Position numbers and translations under genes: made by a program
NCBI RefSeq assembly: GCF_000400465.1
Contig: NW_008806278.1
Location: 1 to 32,000, forward strand
Length of the DNA stretch: 32,000 bases
DNA from: Wallemia ichthyophaga EXF-994
Lineage: Eukaryota; Fungi; Basidiomycota
Reading direction: 5' to 3'
Part shown: positions 11,017 through 19,919 of the stretch, piece after piece
Layout of the letters: every line of letters starts with the position of its first letter
Position numbering within the stretch: the stretch's first letter is position 1
Notes under the pieces: model-generated
The model's database searches: none
Seen by the model: only the letters and a program-made list of their open reading frames with translations
Told to the model about the DNA's origin: nothing

Positions 11017-13162
11017 CTAGAGTAGTGCAGTACCAGCAAGAGATACAGATATGAGCAGTAACGTAAATGAGAATACAGTTTGCGCGCTTCCAGAGAATGT
11101 TTGTGATTTTCCTGATTCATTTGGTTGAATCAGAGGATCTTCATTTGACCTTTCCTGCACAAATTGAGGAACGCTTGGGATTTCCGGTTCATACTTAGAC
11201 ACATCCGACGTGTCGACCTGTTCACCATTCCAACACCAGTCGTTGAAGCAAGTCTGACACTCTTCACTTCTGTCTATGCCGTTTCTTTCTCTAGCTCTAT
11301 CAACAAGACCGCATGCGAGACAGCGCTTCCATTCGCCATCCTTGACTAAGCCGTTGAGAGACGTAGATGCCTCAGCGTTCTTCATAAGCGTAGAAGCCTC
11401 TTCCCAATCATATTCCAATTTGAAAGAACTCGTATTGACAGCTCCGACATATGGGTAATTTGGAATATAGGCAATGATTGGAGTGTGTCTGGATTCGTTG
11501 TAGTTTGTCACATCGGAAGAGTTACACCCAAAGAATGTTGGACGCGTGTTCAGGCCCTGCGCTACGAACTGTTCTGGTGTTGGTACATTCGCGAATGAGA
11601 TTTGATCATCATCGTGCATGGTACGATTGTAAGTGACGTATAGACTAGTGCCGTTTGGCCATCCATTGTTTGTGTTGGACGTTGCATCAAAGCCTATAGC
11701 CAAGTCCACTTGTCGTTCAGGTTTGATGTGTGCATTCAGTGGCAGGTTCTCGTGAGCTTCTGTTCGCAGCCTTAGTAATTACAACATTTGAGAAATAATA
11801 CCCACCTCCACCATCAATCAGAACGACATTTTCTGCATCGCTGATTTTGTTGGTGTCGTTTTTCCATCCATAGAATGGGTTTCTCCATTGTGCAACATCG
11901 TCTCTAGTCTCTGAAAAGTCACTGAGAACACTTTCGGCCATGTCTTGGAAGATGTCCCAGCCAGACAATGAGCCTTGTGCTTTGATAACGCCCTGGTTGA
12001 ATAGTGTCGCTGAGGTGCCAATAACAAATCCAAAGTTGTCCAATCCATTGACACACTGGTCGGTACCATTTAGTTGGCCGTCGAGGAGCTTTGTCCCGAC
12101 AAGAGCGATATCAATAAAGCCGTTTGGACTGGAATCACGCGCACCACCTCCGAGTGGGCCGTATGTCCCGAAGGAGTGGGGTGTCATCTCCCATATACTC
12201 GCATTCTGACCAACAATAATCTGATCAGGCTGGCGCTCAAGTGCTTGTACAATCGGGTAGGGCATGTCGTTCGATTGGAAGGTGCTTGCATCTCTAATGG
12301 CTCCAGAGAATGTAGTGTTTCTGCCATAGCCAGGGAACTTGCTCTCTGGTTCAGCGAGAAGATGGTAGCTGGGTGAAATTTAGACATTAAGAAAGCTTAG
12401 AAACTACCAAACCGACCTCAAAGCCCTCGCCCAATAGTCCGATATAGCGACTTCAAATCCAGCGTGTTTTTTATCCTCGATATCCTCAAACATATCATAA
12501 AAATAACTGAAACTGTCTAAAAATCCTGGATAAAAGATATTTTCGTCAAGTCTCGCAGTCTCCATCCATTCCCAAGTTGGCTTCATGTCCTGCGCAGCAA
12601 AACCGCCGACTGCCCAGGAACCGCCTGAGAGGCCAGACATGTAAGCGGCAGACTGGAGGAGACCAGCAGTCTCAAAGTCGACCGAGGAATTGCGGTTATC
12701 GAGTGCATTTATAAACCCAACGCCCTGGAAATAAAGTCAGTCTGAGGTACGCGAAATACGCAAGGTGCATATGTGAAAGAACACACTTACACCCAACATG
12801 GCACGATAACCTCCTCCAGACACAGCTATACCGAGTTTGGGTGCATTTGTGGAATTACTTGTAAGTTTATCCATGTCGTACGAGAGGTTTGCGCTGTCGA
12901 GCCAATCTGTGAGTGGATCGATGATCTTCTGCATACGTGCGTTGATATAGTCAGTCTCATTGGCGGAGAGTGCCTGTCCCGTCCTGATGAAGTCTGTGAC
13001 TCCCGCTGGGCACGAAGTGTTGTAAGGTGCGTATGAGAGATCACCCTCATCCCTGGAGTGGAGAGCTGGGTTGAAGGCTCGTGCGGCCAGATCGGAAGGC
13101 GGACTAGGGAAAGCGTTCGAGATCACTGCCAGCGTGAGTGCGCCAAATATCGCAGACTTCAT
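11017..13162 (-). CDS. PLB: Lysophospholipase/phospholipase B, secreted and GPI-anchored (copy A), ~661 aa
   Basis: Exons 13162-12791, 12724-12417, 12368-11806, 11759-11017. Signal peptide, catalytic motifs SGGGYRAM, GLSGGSW and IDGGE, and a hydrophobic GPI-type C-terminus. Confidence 0.93.
11483..11592. repeat. 110-bp segment identical to 14116-14225 (PLB paralogs)
   Basis: Base-by-base comparison shows no mismatch, while the flanks differ at many synonymous sites. Confidence 0.88.
11991..12251. repeat. 261-bp segment identical to 14578-14838 (PLB paralogs)
   Basis: Base-by-base comparison shows no mismatch. Confidence 0.9.
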
Positions 13163-13667
13163 TGCGGTCTTTGTGGATATAGATGAGGACGCTAAGTCAT
13201 CTCGGTGAATTTTATGGTCCCGTGAAAAATTGGGGTAGCGGAGTTGCGAGGAGGTACACATGGTGTTATTTGGAAGCTAAGAAAATCTACTTGGCATTAC
13301 TTTCTAACCTAAATATTGCCGTGTAAAACCCCTTGCTTACCTAATCAGCTCTCAAGGCACAGCGATCTGCAGATCTTAAAACACGCTTGAGGGATTTGAC
13401 ACGTAAATCATGCGAAATCTCACTCTCACAGCATGGAGCACAGTCACATTCTATCTGCAGTGTGAATAGAGGTACATTTGGTGGCTAAAAATAGCAGCAG
13501 GACCAGATTTTGTTGGCGCCAAGCGGTCCGATGTGTGACAGAATAAATAAGACATATCAAGATCGCTCAGATAACAAGAGTAAAATAGATATACTACGTA
13601 TTCGTACTAGGATTATACAACCATAGTTTCATAAGATGAGAATTTCCATAAGAGTCAGTCCAACGAA

Positions 13668-15758
13668 CTAAAGGAGCGCAGCACCAACAATCACTGCCAT
13701 AGCGAGGAGGACTGTGGTGGAAAATAAATTTTGCGCGCTTGCAGAGTCATTGGTTGCTTGAATCAAAGCATCACCATCTGATCTGTCCTGAACGAATTGA
13801 GGAACGCTGTTAATATCTGGCTCATATTCTGAGACATCTGATGTGTCGACTTGATCGCCACTCCAGCACCAGTCATCGAAGCAAGTCTGACACTCTGCGC
13901 TTCTATCTACGCCGTTCCTTTCTCTAGCTCTGTCGACGAGAGCACATGCAAGACAACGCTTCCACTCGCCATCGCTAACTAAGCCATTGAGAGATGTAGA
14001 TGCCTCACCATTATTTATCATGCCAATGTACTCCTCATCTGAATATTCCAGCTTGAATGTGCTCTGATTACTTTCAAAGACGTACGGATACGATGGAATG
14101 TAACCAACGATTGGTGTGTGTCTGGATTCGTTGTAGTTTGTCACATCGGAAGAGTTACACCCAAAGAATGTTGGACGCGTGTTCAGGCCCTGCGCTACGA
14201 ACTGTTCTGGTGTTGGTACATTCGCAAATGAGATCTGGTCGTCGTCGTTGATAGTACGGTTGTAAGTAGCAAACATGCTAGTGCCGTTTGGCCAACCCGA
14301 GCTGGTGTCAGCTGAAGCGTCAAAGCCAAGAACTAAATCGACTTGACGCTCTGGTTTAATGTGCGCATTGAGTGGTATGTTCTCGAGAGCTTCTCCTCCA
14401 TCTACCAAGACTACATTGGATACGTTGGAAATCTTGTTGGTGTCATTCATCCAGCCATAGAATGGGTTCCGCCATGATGCAACATCATTCTTCGATTCTG
14501 AGAAGTCACTGAGAACATTTTCAGCTATATCTTGGAAAACAGACCAGCCGGAAAGGGAACTCTGGGCTTGTATAACACCCTGGTTGAATAGTGTCGCTGA
14601 GGTGCCAATAACAAATCCAAAGTTGTCCAATCCATTGACACACTGGTCGGTACCATTTAGTTGGCCGTCGAGGAGCTTTGTCCCGACAAGAGCGATATCA
14701 ATAAAGCCGTTTGGACTGGAATCACGCGCACCACCTCCGAGTGGGCCGTATGTCCCGAAGGAGTGGGGTGTCATCTCCCATATACTCGCATTCTGACCAA
14801 CAATAATCTGATCAGGCTGGCGCTCAAGTGCTTGTACACTCGGGGAAGTCGATTGGAAGGTGCTTGCATCTCTAATAGCTCCAGAGAAGGTAGTGTTCCT
14901 GCCATAGCCAGGGAACTTGCTCTCTGGTTCAGCGAGAAGATGGTAGCTGGGTGAAATTTAGACATTAAGAAAACTTAGAAACCACCAAACCGACCTCAAA
15001 GCCCTTGACCAATAGTCAGCCAATTGAACCTCAAATCCAGCATTTTCCTTTGCGTCGACGTCATTGAAGATGTCGGAAAAGTAGCTGAATGCGTCGAGAA
15101 AGCCTGGGTAGAAGATGTTTTCGTCGAGTCTTGCAGTTTGCATCCACTCCCAGACAGATTTCATGTTCTGCGCGGCAAAACCACCGACTGCCCAGGAACC
15201 ACCCGACAAGCCGGACATATAAGCAGCAGACTGGAGGAGACCTGCAGTCTCGAAATCAAGAGAGGAATTGCGGTTGTCGAGTGCACTGATAAAACCGGCG
15301 CCCTGGATATTATGTCAGCTTCAGGAACGCAAGGCACGTGAGGCACGTGGAGGAGCACTCACGCCCAACATGGCTCTATAGCCGCCTCCAGACACAGCCA
15401 AACCGAGTCTAGGAGCGTTGGAGGTATTTGAGGTGAGTTGGCTGATATCGTATGAGAGACCAGCGCCGTTTAACCAGTCAGTGAGTGGGTCGATGATCTT
15501 CTCCATGCGTGAATTAATGTAATCAGTCTCGTCGGTGGAGAGTGCCTGTCCCGTCCTGATGAAATCTGTGACTCCCGATGGGCAGGAAGTGTTGTAAGGT
15601 GCATATGAGAGATCTCCTTCGTCTCTCGAGTGTATTGTGTTCTGCTGTGCAGCGTGTATGATGCCGCGGGAGATGAGATCTTCGGGAGCACTCGGGAAGG
15701 CGCTGGATGTGGTTGACAGTGTTATTGCCGCTGTTGCTCCCAGTATTCCAATTTTCAT
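13668..15758 (-). CDS. PLB: Lysophospholipase/phospholipase B, secreted and GPI-anchored (copy B), ~660 aa
   Basis: Exons 15758-15363, 15302-14995, 14946-13668. Same catalytic motifs (SGGGYRAM, GLSGGSW, VDGGE), signal peptide and GPI-type tail. Tandem paralog of copy A. Confidence 0.92.
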
Positions 15759-15902
15759 TTCACCGTCGTGCGTAAAGACGGCGAGTGCCAGCCAAGAGAA
15801 ACAGAATTATTAAGCTGTGTGAATAACCGTCTTAACTAATCGGATGCAAATATTCACAACAATTTCGAATTAAAGCGCCTTGTTTGCCCTCCTCCATCTT
15901 CT

Positions 15903-18154
15903 ATGAAATCACAAATATCAAATGACAGCAGCAATCAGTTCACGTGCGGGTTTTTATATTTTGTTTTATTTTCTAATTCCACGCAGACACATCCTCCTCC
16001 AGTTTCATCTCCCCTGCCAGCACGACGATGACGACGATTGGTCTTATCGCCTCCACGGCGTCCATGACGAGCACGACGAGCACGGCGCGCACCACCCCCA
16101 GAAAGTGCTTCTATGCCAGAGCAGCACGCCATTAGCCGCAGCCGCAGCCAACTCGTCCCGCTCTCTCTTTATATCGTGGGTTCAGTGTGGTTGTGATGAT
16201 AGACAGCTCACGCGATATCAGCACAGCCACCGATCCAGCGACGCTGCAGGAAGTAGCCATACCCACGCTCCACCCACTCAATCAATCCACGCTTGACGCG
16301 CCCATCACCTGCATTTCAACGGATACCTACGATAGCTACATTGCAGCAGCCACCACGACAAACATCCATATCTTGAGCCGCGACTTGCACCTGCTCCATA
16401 CGCTCGAGTCACCCGCCCCCCACATCCACAGCCTCTGCCAAAGATACTTGGCCTATATCCACCCCCACCCCACTTCCACTTCGGGTATTATCGCCGCTAA
16501 CAATCTCAATTACGCAGACAGGCCGAGCTACTCCACTGCCGAAATTGCCTCCCATCTCGCCAGCTACATTGAAGCCGGCTACAAACGTGGGCACAACACT
16601 TTCGACTCTCTGCGCAACACCTACTACAGCAGATCAGCGCCTGTTCCGAGCGAGAGTGTGAGTGCATCACCTCAGTCTCATTCTCAGGCTCAGGTTCAGT
16701 TTCAAGACTTATACCGCCACAGCAAGCATACACACGTAGTGCGAGTGCTCGACATACCCACTCAGCGCACAGTCGGTCTATTCGACTCGTCGCTTTCCCC
16801 CCTATCACACATCTCGCTCAGTCCTAGCAGCAGGAATGTTTTGGTAGCAGATACCAATGCGCACGTGTTCCACATCTACGAATTGCGTCCACGCCCGCTC
16901 ATCGGCGTGCATATGCGCGAAAACGACAGCGATTACGACTGTGTGTGGCACAGGTATGCACTGAGGCGGGGATACACGACTGCGCGCGTGCAGAATGTAT
17001 CTTGGAGCAGAAACGAGAGGTGGGTAGGTGTCACTACGCACACGGGTACCACACATGTATATCCTCTCAACCCTAACTCGGGTGGGAGAGTCACTGAGGC
17101 GCATGTCTCAGGTGAGCCTATCAGCATGGGGGCGGTGAGCAGTCACTCACACTCCCACTCTCACCTCTCTACCACCCTCAACAGCATTGTCAAAATAAGA
17201 CCCAGTGGGTCAGACGAGGGGGATCGGCAGCGTTGGCACACAATGCACACTATGCACTCCACGCACTCGGCTCACTCCACACGCTCCCCCTATGATGTCG
17301 CTTTCGCTTTCGCAGATGTGCACACACCCGCCAAGGGCAGTCTGGTGGTGTATGTCGCCGACAGCGCCCGAGACAAGTTTGCGCAGCTCGACTATACACT
17401 GAGTTGGAGCGAGGGGGGTGACTTGAGCGAGAAGCAGATGCAGACACAAAAGAAACCTCCCTCCGTGCATGCCGCACTGGGAAAGGTTTGCGACGTGGTC
17501 ACACAAGAGGAATCAAACGGGACATCAAAGGAGCAGCATATTTCACACACCATCTCACACCCCAGCAACCCTCCCCCCATTTGCCAAATGTCGCGTGGCG
17601 AGATCGAGACATTTGACGTATCGGCTTTGCGTAGTATATTCTCATCGCGACAGATTGAATTCAGGGCAGCGTCGACGGATATACTAGCGCGGTATGCGGA
17701 TGATGCGACTGAATTGATACGCCACTCGTATGTGTATAGAGTAAGACCGGAGGTGGAGGTAAGGAAGGAGAGGGAGAAGGCTAACGATGACGAGAAGAAG
17801 GACAGTAACGATAATGACATAGAAAAAGACATAGAAAGCACCATCGAATACACCATCGACCCCTCGTCTATCCATCACATCATCCCGGCTCTGCCCAACG
17901 GCGTCAATTATAAAAGCAGCTTGTCACTGCCTGATCAGCACACATTGAGAAAAATAATCAAGGGCTCTTATAGTAGAATCTCATCCACGTTCGGCAGTCC
18001 TGAGGCTGTGGCGGGCGGAGACACGGAAGACAATGATACTGCATCCGTAGAGGGTGATGTGAGGGTGTACAAAGAGGCAAAGGAAGCGTCTGAAGAAGCT
18101 GACCGCTTTGTTGTTGGGCTGGTCGACGATGAGGAGGAAGGGGAGGGGGAGTGA
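15903..18154 (+). CDS. BCAS3/Atg18-like (PROPPIN-related) WD40 propeller protein, ~720 aa
   Basis: Proposed exons 15903-15943, 15987-16175, 16222-18154 (43 and 46-nt introns, frame-consistent). Core motifs VVRVLD..LSHISLSPSSRNVLVAD..HVFHIYEL, WHRYALRRGYTTARVQNVSWSRNERWVGVTTHTGTTHVYPLNP. The 5' exon structure is less certain than the core. Confidence 0.75.
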
Positions 18155-18193
18155 GAGGGAGCAGCCATTTTGTGTCTTAATTCTTGCGCGCAA

Positions 18194-18216
18194 GCGCACA
18201 CACACACACGCGCGCA
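18194..18216. repeat. Alternating purine-pyrimidine tract GCGC(AC)6GCGCGCA between convergent 3' ends
   Basis: Read directly in the 104-nt gap between the BCAS3-like and PDK stop codons. Confidence 0.7.
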
Positions 18217-18258
18217 TTCTTGGATAACAAACAATACATAGATATAGTACATTTCCAA

Positions 18259-19746
18259 CTACTGCAGAGGTTCTGCACTAGAGGATAAGCGGTTGACTGT
18301 GGGAAGTGTGAGTATTAGTTTAGTTATCGAAACAGCATGCAATCTACTCACGATGAATATACACATCAGTCCCATATCCTTCCATGGAGATAAGGCGCAG
18401 ATCGCCACCGACTGAAGGAGGGTGAGATGAAAACAGTATGATGCACTCAACAACTCACAATAGCGTGCGTAAAGTCTCGATAACGGTAAGCCATACCCAA
18501 GACCGGCCATCGGAGCTTTATAGTCGCTGCCCGATTGCTCGAATTCGGGATCAAGGGCCGATCCCTCCATGGTAGTGTACATATACGTCCAGATGAGCGG
18601 GATAGCGCTGCGCGGTATACCACCACCCTCGTCCGAGATCTTGATAGTAATATCCTCATTCCCCGCTGCGACAATCACCTTAATAGGTGGCATCTGATCT
18701 TCGGCATCCACTCCGAAGCGCTCGATCACAGCTCGAAGGGAGTTTTTGATAATCTCAAAGACGATGTGGTTGAGGTGTCCAGGAACGTACGAAATTTCAA
18801 GATTGGGAGGGCAGATGAGCTGAACCTGTGGCGGTTTGAAGAGAGCGTAATGATCCTCAGCAATAAAGCGAGCATTGTCGATCGCTTCATCGCAAACATC
18901 GCGCACATTCGTCCTCTTGCATATGATGCCTACGTAATCAGGGTGGTGAGGAGTGAGAGCGTTGAGAGCGACATGCTGGCCAATGAGGAAACGTATACCA
19001 ATGCGCGACATGTAAAAGCGATCTAGGAATGACTGAATATCAGTGTCGACACCACCCGCACTGCGCTGATGTTGTTTGTACTCTAGCACTCCTTGCGCTA
19101 TAGTCGGTACGACGCTATCGTGTCGCCGTTTTATACCCTCGAGCAACCGCGTGAAGCTTTCGTTGTAGTGCGCGACAGAAGGTGGCCATTCGAGATCGGG
19201 TGTGTGAGCATGGTAGCGGGATTCGATGGGGATGCGACGGTATTTGTGTGTAGTTTGTGCGGCGTTATTGCCGTTGGTATTCCCGTTGCCGTTACCAATA
19301 CCATTCCCGCTCCCACTCCCACTCACTGGACCCGGCGTGTTCTCATCTTCCAGCTGCGCTAGATTCGGACTCGCTTCGGGAAGTCGGTCGGCGCGTCTGT
19401 TGGTCGGAGCGAACAATTGCGCGCGCACATCTGGCGGAATATTCGGCTGAGGGAAGTGTACGAGCTCGTCGAACGAGTGCGCATACCAACCCAGCACCTT
19501 CCTTATACTGGGCATCTCCGAGAGTTCGTTCGGTAGCGTGTTCAGCTCAACGCAGCGGTGCGCTAATCTTATTGGCAGCTCTTCCGAAAGGAAATTGCCA
19601 GCTCGCAACAACGTCCCCTGTGACGGATTAGATCCGAACATAACCATCTGCTGTAGTGATATACCCGACTGTGGGAAACTTGAGAAGTGGAGCAGCTTGT
19701 TCCACATCTTGGGCGTGATATTGTAGAATGCACTGCTGGCTGACAT
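18259..19746 (-). CDS. PDK: Mitochondrial pyruvate dehydrogenase kinase / alpha-ketoacid dehydrogenase kinase, ~461 aa
   Basis: Exons 19746-18459, 18411-18352, 18296-18259 (47 and 55-nt introns). Motifs [81 protein letters not shown]. An alternative in-frame ATG lies at 19821. Confidence 0.92.
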   Translation of the reverse strand: [495 protein letters not shown]

Positions 19747-19919
19747 TTCTTGAATTAATCGTCGTCGTCGTCCGTGAAAGAGTGACTCGACTCGTATAAT
19801 TCCGCTGACGTCAATTGTCATTCCCTCACGTGCACTCTGTTCCGATATTTCTCTATTATCTGTTTTTCACAACCGATGCAAGGTGATTGATAAATATACA
19901 TGATTTTACTTTTACATCT

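Noticed and set aside
11940-14954. Duplicated plus-strand ORFs and repeats as a possible mobile element or CRISPR-like array
   Set aside because: Fully explained by the tandem PLB paralogs. No terminal repeats, target-site duplication, transposase or spacer structure.
16133-16135. In-frame TAG upstream of the BCAS3-like ORF suggesting a pseudogene, readthrough or RNA editing
   Set aside because: A typical 46-nt intron (16176-16221) changes frame, so the true upstream exon is read in another, open frame.
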